Of a DNA stretch of 64,000 bases, positions 18,698 to 28,971 are shown piece by piece. The translations under genes were made by a program, and so were the position numbers. Source of the DNA: Cytophagales bacterium (GTDB lineage: Bacteria > Bacteroidota > Bacteroidia > Cytophagales > Cyclobacteriaceae); NCBI GenBank assembly GCA_022360015.1, contig JAKSDQ010000060.1, forward strand, positions 13,922 through 77,921, given 5' to 3'. Below the pieces are notes generated by a model. That model was not told the DNA's origin, did no database searches, and saw nothing but the letters and a program-made list of their open reading frames with translations. Each line of letters starts with the position of its first letter. Positions within the stretch are counted from its first letter, which is position 1.

Positions 18698-19225
18698 TTA
18701 ACCCTTAAACGCCATGCCCTTCAAACTCTGGGCCATTTTCAGGTTCCTGTTGCTCAATTCCTGATCATTGATCTGGAATCTTAATTTACTGTCTTCACCC
18801 ACATAAAAACTAATGCAGGCTCCTTTTTCATATAATCCCTTTTTCTCTCCAACCACCATAATAGGTCTTCCATTAGTCGTGGTCATGATCTCACCGATAG
18901 CACCACTTTTTCCCAGCGAGACGAAAAGCAAATCGGTTTCACCAATCTCACTCACATTCATAGCTTTTTTCACGGCAATACTGCGACCGTTGATTTTCTT
19001 TGAGGTACTGATCTTTTGCAACTCCTGATATACTTTTGAATTTCCAAAGACTGTTATCTTAAATTCACCGGTATTGCTATTTGGCCACTGTGAATATTTG
19101 GCAAAGTTGTAAAGAAACAACGAATAAGCACTGTTAATGTCGGTTTGGGCTTGTACGGTCGGATTTCTTAAAACCAACAGGCACAAAAAAAGGAAAAGAA
19201 TTTTAAAAAATTTAATGGCTTTCAT
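18698..19225 (-). CDS. YfiR/HmsC-family periplasmic protein
   Basis: Signal peptide; FLYNFAKYSQWP, KKINGRSI, ISF...LRFQIN...LKMAQSL. Start set at ATG 19225. Confidence 0.85.
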   Translation of the reverse strand: MKAIKFFKILFLFLCLLVLRNPTVQAQTDINSAYSLFLYNFAKYSQWPNSNTGEFKITVFGNSKVYQELQKISTSKKINGRSIAVKKAMNVSEIGETDLLFVSLGKSGAIGEIMTTTNGRPIMVVGEKKGLYEKGACISFYVGEDSKLRFQINDQELSNRNLKMAQSLKGMAFKG

Positions 19226-19332
19226 GGTAAACATTACTATATACAAAATTCAAATACATATTTAACCTTATGTATCACCTTTTTAAATTGCTTTTATGCA
19301 ATCCAGGCAAATGATAAACAAAGGATACACTG

Positions 19333-19794
19333 TCAAAGAATGGTAGTCCCAGGACCATCTTTAAGGTTTGGTTCACCCAAGATACCACCAGGTATTTCTG
19401 TTAATATTTTAACAGGCTTACCCCTGGTCTGATCCAGTATCTGTGGCATCAGCCCACTTTTACAAGCTGGCACAAACAGGATCTCCGGTGTACCGATCTG
19501 GTCCAAAGACTTGCATGTCTTTACCTGGACAGGTTGTCCTTTAATTTTTTTGTTCTTGCTAATTTGTTTTAGGTTAATAGCCAAACTGGCGTTTCCCAAT
19601 ATGGCGAAGGTAAATTGATCTCCTCCATGATCAAAGTCGGCGAATTTGCCGAAATTGTAGAGAAGTAATGCTTGAGGATCCGCTTTCTGCGCCTGTACCA
19701 TAGCCAGATTTCCAAGGGCTGTCAAGATCAAAAAACCCATAAATATCCGTTTTAAAAAAATAGCATACGACGTCCTCATCGCTTCCCAATTCAA
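19333..19794 (-). CDS. YfiR-family paralog, C-terminally truncated or divergent
   Basis: LLYNFGKF, KKIKGQPV, EILFVP, KPVKILTE; lacks the terminal INF...F.IN strand seen in both other paralogs. Confidence 0.6.
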   Translation of the reverse strand: MNWEAMRTSYAIFLKRIFMGFLILTALGNLAMVQAQKADPQALLLYNFGKFADFDHGGDQFTFAILGNASLAINLKQISKNKKIKGQPVQVKTCKSLDQIGTPEILFVPACKSGLMPQILDQTRGKPVKILTEIPGGILGEPNLKDGPGTTIL

Positions 19795-20058
19795 ATTTCA
19801 TACGTTAATAAACTGATTTCAAAAATACCAGCTTTACCACTAATTGTATTAGTCAAATAGCCTACAACCTTACCCTTGCAAAAAGATGGGGAAATAATTA
19901 TTTAATTGACCTTTTTATTCGTATTATGCAATTTTATTCTGATAAAGTTAAATTAAAGATCCTATTATTCAATGCTTGAGTGTATGTAAAAGCCGGTCGT
20001 ATATTAATTATTTAGTTTTAAACTTTACATTACATTGCTTCCGAATAAAAAAAAAGTT

Positions 20059-20817
20059 ATGCGGATTGATTTAACAGGGAGAACAATTTTGATAACCGGG
20101 GCTTCCGGAGGTATCGGTAAAGCCGTTGCAGAACAACTGGCGAACGCAGGAGCCACCATTGCCCTCCACTATAATCAACAAAAACAGACCGCAGAAAAGC
20201 TTGCAGCCGAAATAGGTAATAACTCCAGTGCTTTTAAAGCCGATCTGGCCGATGAAAAAGAGGTGATCAACTTGTTTGAAGCAGTGATAGATCATTATCA
20301 AAATGTTGATGGACTCATTAATAACGCCGGCATTGCCATTCCCTCATCACCTGGCAAAGATGACCGGCTTTGGTTAAAGGACTGGCATGCAACTTTGGAG
20401 GTAAACTTAAATGCCACTGCCTTGCTCTGTAAAAAGGCCATCGCACATTTTTTACCCAAACAGGAAGGGCGAATAGTGAATATTACCTCCAGGGCTGCTT
20501 TCAGGGGCGATACACCGGAATTCCTTGCCTACGCGGCCTCAAAGGGAGGATTGGTCTCACTTACGAGGTCCATCGCGCGCGGTTATGGCAAGTCTGGTAT
20601 CAAGGCATTTAATATTGCCCCGGGATTTGCAAGAACAGACATGGCTCAGGGTTTTATGGATCTGTATGGTGAACAGATTGCCCTGGATGACATCGCCTTA
20701 AAAGAATTAACAGCGCCACGGGATATCGCTCCTATGATTGCATTACTTATCAGCGGGCTGGCCGATCACGCCACTGGTTGCACCATAGATATTAATGCGG
20801 GAAGTTATGTACATTAA
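20059..20817 (+). CDS. Short-chain dehydrogenase/reductase (FabG-like)
   Basis: TGASGGIG, NNAG, YAASK, PG; start set at ATG 20059. Confidence 0.93.
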   Translation: MRIDLTGRTILITGASGGIGKAVAEQLANAGATIALHYNQQKQTAEKLAAEIGNNSSAFKADLADEKEVINLFEAVIDHYQNVDGLINNAGIAIPSSPGKDDRLWLKDWHATLEVNLNATALLCKKAIAHFLPKQEGRIVNITSRAAFRGDTPEFLAYAASKGGLVSLTRSIARGYGKSGIKAFNIAPGFARTDMAQGFMDLYGEQIALDDIALKELTAPRDIAPMIALLISGLADHATGCTIDINAGSYVH

Positions 20818-20835
20818 AAAGCGAACCAATACAAA

Positions 20836-21414
20836 ATGAACAGATGTGCCTGGGTAGATACAGCTAACCGGTTATACGTCGATTATCATGACAACGAATG
20901 GGGAGTCCCTGTATATGATGATAAGATACTTTTTGAGTTTTTGATCCTGGAAGGAGCACAGGCAGGATTGAGCTGGATCACGGTTTTGCAAAAAAGACAA
21001 GGGTATCATAAGGCATTTTCCGGTTTTGATGTACAAAAGGTGGCGTCATTTAGCGAAACTAACATTCAAAAGTTAAGAAATGACACCTCTATCATAAGAA
21101 ACGAGTTGAAAATCAGGGCTGCAGTCACCAATGCCAGGGCATTCATCAAAATTCAGGAGGAGTTTGGTAGTTTCAATGCATTTTTATGGTCTTATGTGGA
21201 TGGGGCACCCATCGTCAACCACTGGAATAACATCAGGGAAGTACCTGTTACCACCAGCGAGTCGGACAGGATCAGTAAAGAATTAAAGAAAAGGGGATTT
21301 AAGTTTGTGGGAAGTACCATCATGTATGCCTATATGCAGGCGGTCGGACTTGTCAACGATCACACGACCGATTGTTTTAAACATCCGGCCCATAATCGGA
21401 ATGAGCTGATTTAA
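20836..21414 (+). CDS. tag: DNA-3-methyladenine glycosylase I
   Basis: RCAW...YHDNEWG, LEGAQAGLSW, FKFVGSTI, NDH...C. Confidence 0.96.
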   Translation: MNRCAWVDTANRLYVDYHDNEWGVPVYDDKILFEFLILEGAQAGLSWITVLQKRQGYHKAFSGFDVQKVASFSETNIQKLRNDTSIIRNELKIRAAVTNARAFIKIQEEFGSFNAFLWSYVDGAPIVNHWNNIREVPVTTSESDRISKELKKRGFKFVGSTIMYAYMQAVGLVNDHTTDCFKHPAHNRNELI

Positions 21415-22046
21415 AGGGATTTAATGATCTCTTTTTTGGAAAGCCTGATACTCCACATGCCACAAAAATAATCAGGCTGGCCTTGCAGACTGTCCGGCAG
21501 GATTCCTGTTTTCTTCTCCGGCCGGGCTAACAGGCAAATCCTGTTTTTTGAGGTGATAGGCCTTGTAAAAAGCAGGTAGTCTGTTCCTGATCTTTGCACA
21601 TTATCTTCTGATGGAAGGTTGTTTTCCATATTATATTGATATGCCTCCAGTAATTGTTTTTCAATATCCAGTGTATCGGCCTTCAGGCCTTCCGACCCGG
21701 TGCTAAACAAACTCAGGAAATGACCACTACGACGACTTAGAGAATCCAGCACGGGGATTACTACCTGGCTTAAAGGAGGATTAATTATCCATTTACTTGA
21801 ATTCCGGTTATCTGTTGGAATTGTGTCATGATAATCATCCAGTTTTTTTATCACTATATGCTCGGCCGTATTAACCAATGCTGAACCGGTTTGAAAAGCT
21901 GCAGCCATTAGCTCCGGCTCAGACACTCTTTTAATTTGGCGGTCTTTCATTTCCTGTTTAATCTTCTCTCTGTCCACAGTTTTGTTCCCCTCAGTCGCGC
22001 AGGCCGCTAAAACAATCATCATCAAACACATAGAAAATTTACACAT
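21411..22046 (-). CDS. Lipoprotein, DUF3365/Tll0287-like
   Basis: Lipobox LAAC; C-terminal LLFTRPI...C...GMWSIR resembles the DUF3365 fold but has no CxxCH. Confidence 0.6.
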   Translation of the reverse strand: MCKFSMCLMMIVLAACATEGNKTVDREKIKQEMKDRQIKRVSEPELMAAAFQTGSALVNTAEHIVIKKLDDYHDTIPTDNRNSSKWIINPPLSQVVIPVLDSLSRRSGHFLSLFSTGSEGLKADTLDIEKQLLEAYQYNMENNLPSEDNVQRSGTDYLLFTRPITSKNRICLLARPEKKTGILPDSLQGQPDYFCGMWSIRLSKKEIIKSL

Positions 22047-22084
22047 AGTGATAACTGTATGGGGTTAAGCACTTAATTTACTGG

Positions 22085-22092
22085 CAAAGTTA
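22085..22092 (-). promoter_or_regulatory. -7 promoter element for the lipoprotein gene
   Basis: TAACTTTG on the minus strand, 39 bp upstream of ATG 22046. Confidence 0.6.
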
Positions 22093-22111
22093 AATCTACT
22101 ACAGATAATTC

Positions 22112-22142
22112 AAAAAAAAAGCCCTGACTTTATGGGTCAGGG
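22112..22142 (-). terminator. Intrinsic terminator after the GAF/PAS receptor
   Basis: CCCTGAC/GTCAGGG 7-bp stem followed by 9 U on the minus strand. Confidence 0.85.
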
Positions 22143-22165
22143 TGTATAGAACAAAATTTTTTCTC

Positions 22166-24094
22166 TTATTTTTTGTAACTCGAAAGATCAAAGGACAAGG
22201 CCAGTACTTTGGTAACCTCTCCATGAGCGTTTTTCACCGGCGAATAATTACTTCTGATCCAGATGCTCGAACCATCCCTTTTAACCCGTTCGAATTCACC
22301 TGATTTCGTCTGCCCCTCATTTAATTGTTCCCAAAATTCCATGGTTTCCGTAGCCTTTCTTTCATCCGGGGGAAGCAATACCGAATGGTTTTTGCCTCTG
22401 ATCTCTTCCAGCGTAAATCCAAATATGTTCAGAAATTGTTGATTCGCATCGATAATCTCTCCATTGGGCTTGAACTCCACAGAGGCCAGGGAATTGTTGA
22501 TGGCAGTCAAAATACCCTGGGTTTCGGATTGACTGCGCTGCATTTCTTCTTGTGTGGCTTGTAACTCCTCCATATTTTGTCTCATCTCTTCCTCCTGTGA
22601 CCTCATTTGCTCGGTCATTTCGGTGGATTCTTCCAGTAATCGCTGAGTTTTTTCGTTGATCTTTACCGAAGATACCGTGGAGGCAATGCTCTCGGCAATT
22701 TTTTCAACAAACTCTATCTCATACTGCTTGAATTCATTAAAAGAGGCTATTTCCAACACACCAAACACATCATCGTTGATTTTTAAAGGCACAATCAGAA
22801 TGCTGGTTGGGCTGGCTTCTCCCAGTCCGGAAGTAATGGTAATATAATCTTCCGGAACCTCAGTAAGATAGACCGTATCTTTTTCAAGCCAGGATTGTCC
22901 GGTCAGACCTTCACCAATGTGTACCCTTTGCTCCAGGTACTTTTTCTTGTCCCAGGCATAACAGGCCTTTAGCTCCAGGTATGACTCGTCTTCATCGTCG
23001 TTCACAATGTATAACCCACCCTGATTGCAATTGAGATATTTGACCAGGTTGGATATGATGTCATCGGATAACTTTTCAATATTATCATTGTTTTGACGCA
23101 AAATCTCACCGAAGGTGGCCAACCCGCTGGTGGACCAGTTTCTTCTTTTGTCTTCTTCAGCTACCGATTTAAGGTTATCACGCATTTCAATTAATGAGTT
23201 ACCCAGTACATCTTCCTCACTCAATGGTGTAAATTCAGCATCATAGTTGCCCCTTCCGATATTTTCCGCAAAGCTAGAGGTGGATTTCAGTCCATTGACA
23301 AGGTTTTCCACGGCCCCTGCCATCTCCCCTATTTCATCGTTGTTGAACTTCCTGGATTGATCGTCCGGCAAATTCCCCTGACCGAGCTTAACAATCACAT
23401 TCTTGATATAATTAATTGGTTTTGTAATCGATCTGGCCATCAAAATTCCACCGACCAAACCCAAAATAACCACGATCACCGCTGATACAACAGCCATTTT
23501 CTTTAAACTGTCGGACTCAGCCCTGATGGTTAACTGCTGCTCCCGGTCGGTTTGCACAATGATATCACTGATTTTTTCCAGACTTTTCATAATGGCAGCA
23601 GACTGTGGAAGCACCTCACTTTCAATGGTTTCTGCTGCAGTCAGCTTGATAAACGGATCTTCATAATGATCGAAAGTCACCAATTTACTCATCACATTAT
23701 CCTGCTCGGTTTTAAGCAAAGCCTCAAAATCAAGAAAGATCGAATCCATTTGTTGCTGTAAAGTGTCGATTTCCCACGATGCTTTTAATTCGTTGATTTG
23801 TTCCTTTAGATTGGGATATGCTACATTATGCAGATCTTTCAGCGCTTTTTTATCTATATCATTACTTTGAAGATAAACCCAGTTGGTAACCAACATCTTC
23901 GATTGTGTCACCAAATGTTTAAATTCCTGCAGGGCATTTACCGAAGGTCTTATATTGGTGGAGGATTTTTCAATAAGTTGGTTATTTTTACTGTTGGTAA
24001 CTACCACAATGGTTGCGATTACCGCAAATATGATTATCAGGGAGAAAAACCCTAACAATATCTTGTTTCCGATACTGAACCTCTTTTTTTTCAT
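22166..24094 (-). CDS. Membrane sensor: TM, periplasmic helical domain, TM, HAMP, GAF, coiled coil, PAS; no kinase or cyclase output
   Basis: Two TM helices, DEIGEMA HAMP, GEGLTGQSW...VPLK...GVLEIAS GAF, QEEEMRQNMEELQATQEEM coil, and PAS/PAC ending at the C-terminus. Confidence 0.88.
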   Translation of the reverse strand: MKKKRFSIGNKILLGFFSLIIIFAVIATIVVVTNSKNNQLIEKSSTNIRPSVNALQEFKHLVTQSKMLVTNWVYLQSNDIDKKALKDLHNVAYPNLKEQINELKASWEIDTLQQQMDSIFLDFEALLKTEQDNVMSKLVTFDHYEDPFIKLTAAETIESEVLPQSAAIMKSLEKISDIIVQTDREQQLTIRAESDSLKKMAVVSAVIVVILGLVGGILMARSITKPINYIKNVIVKLGQGNLPDDQSRKFNNDEIGEMAGAVENLVNGLKSTSSFAENIGRGNYDAEFTPLSEEDVLGNSLIEMRDNLKSVAEEDKRRNWSTSGLATFGEILRQNNDNIEKLSDDIISNLVKYLNCNQGGLYIVNDDEDESYLELKACYAWDKKKYLEQRVHIGEGLTGQSWLEKDTVYLTEVPEDYITITSGLGEASPTSILIVPLKINDDVFGVLEIASFNEFKQYEIEFVEKIAESIASTVSSVKINEKTQRLLEESTEMTEQMRSQEEEMRQNMEELQATQEEMQRSQSETQGILTAINNSLASVEFKPNGEIIDANQQFLNIFGFTLEEIRGKNHSVLLPPDERKATETMEFWEQLNEGQTKSGEFERVKRDGSSIWIRSNYSPVKNAHGEVTKVLALSFDLSSYKK

Positions 24095-24121
24095 AATTAC
24101 ATTACACCTTAGACAAAAAAA

Positions 24122-24631
24122 TTATATCAATATAGCGAGCTTCGCCAATTCGGTTGATACTTTCAGATTTCTTTCTTCAGCGGCAGATTTATTCAATTCA
24201 AATTTTGGCTTCCCGTCGACTATCAGAAAGTTGATGCCGCTGCCATCCTTTCCCAAGCCCGGTTTATCGGTTATTATCAGTGTAGCCGTGCCGGTAAGGT
24301 TAGCCTTGCATTCTTCCAGCATACTGCTTTGTTCAGTGGGAATGTAAAGGATATGACACCTTTGAATATCGCCTGGATTTTTATAGCTTACTATAGAAAA
24401 ACGCTGACTCCCCACCTTCTTGCTGGCGGCCATACTTCTCAGGTGCCGCGTTACAGGCGAATTACCTAAGACGCCAATAACAAAATCACCCTTTTTGTAC
24501 GCTGCCGGCCACTGAATAAATTTGCTGAAGTTATAAATGAATATCGAGTGGAATTTGTGGATATCCTGTCCCCTGACTGTTATGTTAAAAGCCAATAATA
24601 CAATCAATAGCCCCAAAATTCTCTTTTGCAT
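24122..24631 (-). CDS. YfiR/HmsC-family periplasmic protein
   Basis: FIYNFSKFIQWP, CHILYIP, GINF...FELN...LKVSTELAKLA; ends 27 bp before the sensor gene. Confidence 0.88.
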   Translation of the reverse strand: MQKRILGLLIVLLAFNITVRGQDIHKFHSIFIYNFSKFIQWPAAYKKGDFVIGVLGNSPVTRHLRSMAASKKVGSQRFSIVSYKNPGDIQRCHILYIPTEQSSMLEECKANLTGTATLIITDKPGLGKDGSGINFLIVDGKPKFELNKSAAEERNLKVSTELAKLAILI

Positions 24632-24896
24632 ATACCTGAAAACTTTTTATAGTTATGGTTATTACAACTTTAATCACTTATACAACAACAAATGTAATAA
24701 GTGACTTAATTGGAAAGTGTGCAATATTTACGGAAATACTACACTAATGCTTTACAGGAAAATACTTTAATAAATTATTGAATAATAGCTTGTTTATAAC
24801 CCGTTTTTTAAAATTCAAGGGCGGGTAATTAGGAAGGTCTTAAATGGTTAGCTTTAATTAGCAAAAATTTACGTGTATAATTAAACACGCATTCAT

Positions 24897-24904
24897 TAAC
24901 TTTG
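24897..24904 (+). promoter_or_regulatory. -7 promoter element for prfA
   Basis: TAACTTTG ending 19 bp before the ATG. Confidence 0.65.
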
Positions 24905-24923
24905 GAGGTGCAACACCAGATTT

Positions 24924-25991
24924 ATGACTGATAAATTAGAAGAATTAAAAGCCCGGTTTGAGGAAGTGGGACAGCTTCTTGTGCAGCCAGAAACCATGGC
25001 CGACATGAAGGCGTATTCAAAATTAAACAAGGAATACAAAGACCTTGAGAAAATCGTTGTTAAATACGATGATTACAAAAATGTATTAGAGAACATTGAA
25101 AGTGCAAAAGAGCTGCTCTCTACGGAAAAGGATCCTGAATTTCGTGAGCTGGCCAAAGCGGAGTTAGAAGAGCTGGCAAAAAACAAGGAAGGATTGGAAG
25201 AAGCGTTGAAACAGTTATTGATTCCCAAAGATCCCAATGACAGCAAAAATGCCATTCTGGAGATAAGGGCAGGGGCCGGAGGTGACGAGGCAGCTATCTT
25301 TGCCGGGGATCTGTTTCGTATGTACCAGCGTTTTGCTGAAAAACAGGGGTGGAAAATGGTTGTGAGTGATTTGACAGAAGGCACGGCCGGCGGTTATAAT
25401 AAAATTGTGAGCACTGTCACCGGAGATGAAGTTTATGGAATACTTAAGTATGAGTCAGGCGTACATCGCGTTCAGCGGGTGCCAGCCACAGAAACCCAGG
25501 GTAGGGTACACACATCTGCCGCCAGTGTGGCCGTACTGCCAGAGATGGATGACGTAGAAGTGGAAATCGACATGAATGACGTCAGAAAAGACACGTATTG
25601 CTCCTCAGGTCCGGGTGGACAATCGGTGAACACAACCTATTCTGCTGTAAGATTGACCCATGCCCCAACCGGAATAGTGGTGCAGTGTCAGGATCAAAAA
25701 TCACAAATTAAAAATTTTGAAAAAGCCTTGAGGGAATTAAAATCAAGGATTTACAACATTGAACTTCAAAAGCATAACGAGGAAGTTGGCGCACAGAGGA
25801 GGTCTATGGTAGGAAGTGGTGACCGTTCAGACAAAATACGGACTTATAACTATCCCCAGGGCAGGGTCACCGATCACAGGATTGGCCATTCGGTTCATAA
25901 TTTGCCGTCAATCATGGATGGCAACATTGATGATTTCATAGAAAAGTTGAGAATAGCGGATAATGCCGAAAAAATGAAAGAAGGAAACTAA
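24924..25991 (+). CDS. prfA: Peptide chain release factor 1
   Basis: GGQ motif and RF1-specific PAT (RVPATE). Confidence 0.97.
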   Translation: MTDKLEELKARFEEVGQLLVQPETMADMKAYSKLNKEYKDLEKIVVKYDDYKNVLENIESAKELLSTEKDPEFRELAKAELEELAKNKEGLEEALKQLLIPKDPNDSKNAILEIRAGAGGDEAAIFAGDLFRMYQRFAEKQGWKMVVSDLTEGTAGGYNKIVSTVTGDEVYGILKYESGVHRVQRVPATETQGRVHTSAASVAVLPEMDDVEVEIDMNDVRKDTYCSSGPGGQSVNTTYSAVRLTHAPTGIVVQCQDQKSQIKNFEKALRELKSRIYNIELQKHNEEVGAQRRSMVGSGDRSDKIRTYNYPQGRVTDHRIGHSVHNLPSIMDGNIDDFIEKLRIADNAEKMKEGN

Positions 25992-26004
25992 TCATTGACT
26001 CCTT

Positions 26005-27378
26005 TTGAAAAACATCATTCAAGCGCTGCTAACAGCATTTATTGTTTTTGTCTCCTGTACACCGGAGGAAGAAAAAATCAGTTCAGGCAGTATTCAACCC
26101 CTGGTGTTTTCGACAGATACTGTAATCTTCGATACTATTTTCACCCAGATAGGAAGTATCACCAAAAGATTAATTGTTGGCAACCCCAATGAAAATGCCG
26201 TAAGCATCGGCTCCATTGCCTTAGCCGGAGGCAGTAATTCACCTTACACCATCTTGGTTGACGGAGTGGCCGGTGATCGGTTTGAAGACGAAATTATATT
26301 GGGAAATGATAGTTTGCTGGTACTGGTCAGTGTCCTTATTGATCCGCGACAGGAAAACCTGCCCTTTTTAGTCAAGGACTCTATCGTCTTTACAACAAAC
26401 AACATTTTGCAGGATGTTAAACTAATAAGCTATGGACAGGACGCCAATTTCCTGAATGACTCTATACTGGTGTGTAACGCCGTGTGGGATTCTGAAAAAC
26501 CTTATGTTCTCAGCAACTCCGTTCTGGTTGACGCTCTGTGCACGCTGACTGTAAAAAAAGGAGTAAAGGTATTGTCAGACAATGATTCCTTCATCTTTGT
26601 CAAGGGCAAACTGATTGTGGAGGGTGATGTGGAAAGTCCGGTGTTGTTCAGCAATTCCCGGCTGGATGAAGATTTTGCCAATGCCCCGGGGCAATGGGGT
26701 GGAATTATTTTTCTGCCGGGCAGCAAAGAAAATAAAATCAACTTTACCGCTATCCGGAATGCCCGGGTAGGATTGAATCTCGATACTTTTGACAATGATA
26801 CATTGCCGGAAGTCGTCGTGAGCAACACCGTCATTGAAAACATGTCGGCGAGTGGTATCCTCACCATTGGCGCCGATGTATACGCAACCAACGTACTCAT
26901 AAACAACTGTGCCGAATTCATGACCGGAAATTTTGGTGGGGGATATCATACTTACATACATTGTACCCTCTCCAATAGCCAAAGTGATTTTTTCAGACAG
27001 AATCCATCGTTTACCTTTACCGATAATTTCAGTCAAAATGACCGCACACTGGTTAGTGACCTGGTGATAAATATCAATAACTCTATCATTTGGGGTGATT
27101 TGGATGAAGAACTACTGTTTGATGTAAGCGGAGGTACCGGCAGTGTATTGCTAATTGCTAATTCTATTCTTAAAACCAATCTTGAACTGGATATCAATAA
27201 CAATCTGTTGAATGAAAACCCCCGATTCCTGGATCCTGCCAACTTTGACTATCGACTCGACACACTTTCACCTGCCAAAGATGCAGGAATACCGGGTGAC
27301 ATATTATTTGACTTAGACGCCAATCCCAGGGACGAAAACCCGGATTTGGGGGCTTATGAAAGAATTGAAAACAATTAA
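26005..27378 (+). CDS. Lipoprotein with parallel beta-helix repeats and choice-of-anchor-Q-like C-terminus
   Basis: Lipobox FVSC (TTG start), PGQWGGI, NPRF...DYRL...SPAKDAG...PDLGAYE. Confidence 0.7.
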   Translation: MKNIIQALLTAFIVFVSCTPEEEKISSGSIQPLVFSTDTVIFDTIFTQIGSITKRLIVGNPNENAVSIGSIALAGGSNSPYTILVDGVAGDRFEDEIILGNDSLLVLVSVLIDPRQENLPFLVKDSIVFTTNNILQDVKLISYGQDANFLNDSILVCNAVWDSEKPYVLSNSVLVDALCTLTVKKGVKVLSDNDSFIFVKGKLIVEGDVESPVLFSNSRLDEDFANAPGQWGGIIFLPGSKENKINFTAIRNARVGLNLDTFDNDTLPEVVVSNTVIENMSASGILTIGADVYATNVLINNCAEFMTGNFGGGYHTYIHCTLSNSQSDFFRQNPSFTFTDNFSQNDRTLVSDLVININNSIIWGDLDEELLFDVSGGTGSVLLIANSILKTNLELDINNNLLNENPRFLDPANFDYRLDTLSPAKDAGIPGDILFDLDANPRDENPDLGAYERIENN

Positions 27379-27381
27379 ACA

Positions 27382-27810
27382 ATGGAATATTATCAGCAGG
27401 AAATAGCACTTCCCCCCTTCAAAAGAGGCTTTCATTTGATCACCCCCATCATTGAAAAAAATTTCAGGGCATTGCAAAAGCTCGAGATAGGTATGCTTAA
27501 CATTTTCATCAAACATACCTCCGCAAGCCTTACTATTAACGAAAATGCCGATCCTACCGTCAGAATGGACTTTGAAAGTCACTTTAATCACATGGTTCCT
27601 GAAAATGCCCCCTATTATCGACACACTTTTGAAGGGCCGGATGATATGCCTGCCCACCTTAAAGCCGCTATATTGGGTAATTCATTGCATATACCATTGA
27701 GCAGGGGAAAAATGAATCTTGGCACCTGGCAAGGCATCTATCTTTGTGAGCACAGGGATTACGGAGGGCCAAGAAGAATAGTACTCACTGCTTACGGCAA
27801 AACCAATTGA
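27382..27810 (+). CDS. yjbQ: YjbQ/UPF0047 secondary thiamine-phosphate synthase family
   Basis: HTSASLTINENADP, HLKA, LGTWQGIYLCEH. Confidence 0.9.
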   Translation: MEYYQQEIALPPFKRGFHLITPIIEKNFRALQKLEIGMLNIFIKHTSASLTINENADPTVRMDFESHFNHMVPENAPYYRHTFEGPDDMPAHLKAAILGNSLHIPLSRGKMNLGTWQGIYLCEHRDYGGPRRIVLTAYGKTN

Positions 27811-27972
27811 GCCCCACCCGGAATAAAAGTATAAAAATATCATTTTACTTACATCAAAGCCGGTTTTCCGGTGTAGTGTGCTTACCAATTGATCCTTTAA
27901 GGTATACATGTGTACCAACTAGCCCTCCCGATAATCATTTTTATTTGTATTAATTTAATAACAAATTTCATT

Positions 27973-28440
27973 ATGTTCAGTAATAAGAAAGAAGTTAAAC
28001 AGACTCAGGAAAGGCACCAGGAAAGCAGCTTATTTGGAAAGGGAAGCACCTTTACCGGAACCATAGACACAGCAGAAAACGTGCGGGTTGATGGTAAGGT
28101 GATTGGTACCATTAACGCCAAAGCCAAAGTGGTAGCCGGCCAGGATTCCATCATTGAAGGAAATATTCATGCAGAGAGGGCTGAAATCAGTGGTGAAGTC
28201 AAAGGAGATATTGAGGTTACCGACATTTTAATTCTCAGGGCCAGTGCCAGAATTCATGGTGACATTTTTACCGATAAACTGATCATGGATGAAGGCGCCT
28301 CGTTTAACGGAAAATGCCAGGTGGGTGAGCAGATTAGAGAAGTAAAGCTTAGAAGAAATGACGAAGAAAACGACAGCGGAAAGAAGCTCAACGGGAATCA
28401 TAATGGCACCAAAACTGACTATATATCAGTCGCAGGTTAA
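27973..28440 (+). CDS. Bactofilin (polymer-forming cytoskeletal protein)
   Basis: G...GTI...VRVDGKVIG...IEGNI.A...ISGEVKGDI beta-solenoid; start set at ATG 27973 (MFSNKKE). Confidence 0.9.
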   Translation: MFSNKKEVKQTQERHQESSLFGKGSTFTGTIDTAENVRVDGKVIGTINAKAKVVAGQDSIIEGNIHAERAEISGEVKGDIEVTDILILRASARIHGDIFTDKLIMDEGASFNGKCQVGEQIREVKLRRNDEENDSGKKLNGNHNGTKTDYISVAG

Positions 28441-28486
28441 ACCGGCAATGATCAAGGCATAACTTCAAATCTATCAATAATAAACC

Positions 28487-28506
28487 GGGGCTCAGGCCCC
28501 TTTTTT
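28487..28506 (+). terminator. Intrinsic terminator after bactofilin
   Basis: GGGGC-TCAG-GCCCC followed by T6. Confidence 0.75.
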
Positions 28507-28691
28507 ATTTCCGGCTGTAAGTTGCCAACCTCCTTTTTTTCGGTATACCTCCTGTATACCGGTTTTTTGCATTTGTCTACCGCTCGTACCCCACATAGGG
28601 GTCATCCAAATTAAATCTTATACGTTTAAGAAGGTGACCATTAAGGTTAGAAACCATTAACTCGTGAGAACTCAAAACGAATAATTCAGTT

Positions 28692-28952
28692 ATGCAAAAA
28701 GAGAGCGGGAAAATTACAATAGGTGGTATTATTTTTTATGTGGAGATCTCCGGCATTGAATTGCTATCGAAGTACATGGCATATCCTGAAATTATGTGGA
28801 AGAAAAAGGCATATGAAAATCATCTTGCCGAGGTATTTTTAAGGATACTGGAGAAAAACAGGGAGATCATCACCACCCGTGACATTGTCAAGATCTTAAA
28901 TAACTGCGACAAGGTGGGACCGGATCATTGCCTGGAAGGAGAAAACAATTGA
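28692..28952 (+). CDS. Hypothetical protein (86 aa)
   Basis: Isolated ORF with ATG and an A-rich upstream region; no recognised motif. Confidence 0.4.
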   Translation: MQKESGKITIGGIIFYVEISGIELLSKYMAYPEIMWKKKAYENHLAEVFLRILEKNREIITTRDIVKILNNCDKVGPDHCLEGENN

Positions 28953-28971
28953 TTTATGAAATCATCCCAGG

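Noticed and set aside
28542-28568. Second hairpin GGTATAC/GTATACC with a T-run after bactofilin
   Set aside because: Redundant with the upstream terminator; no evidence for a separate RNA.
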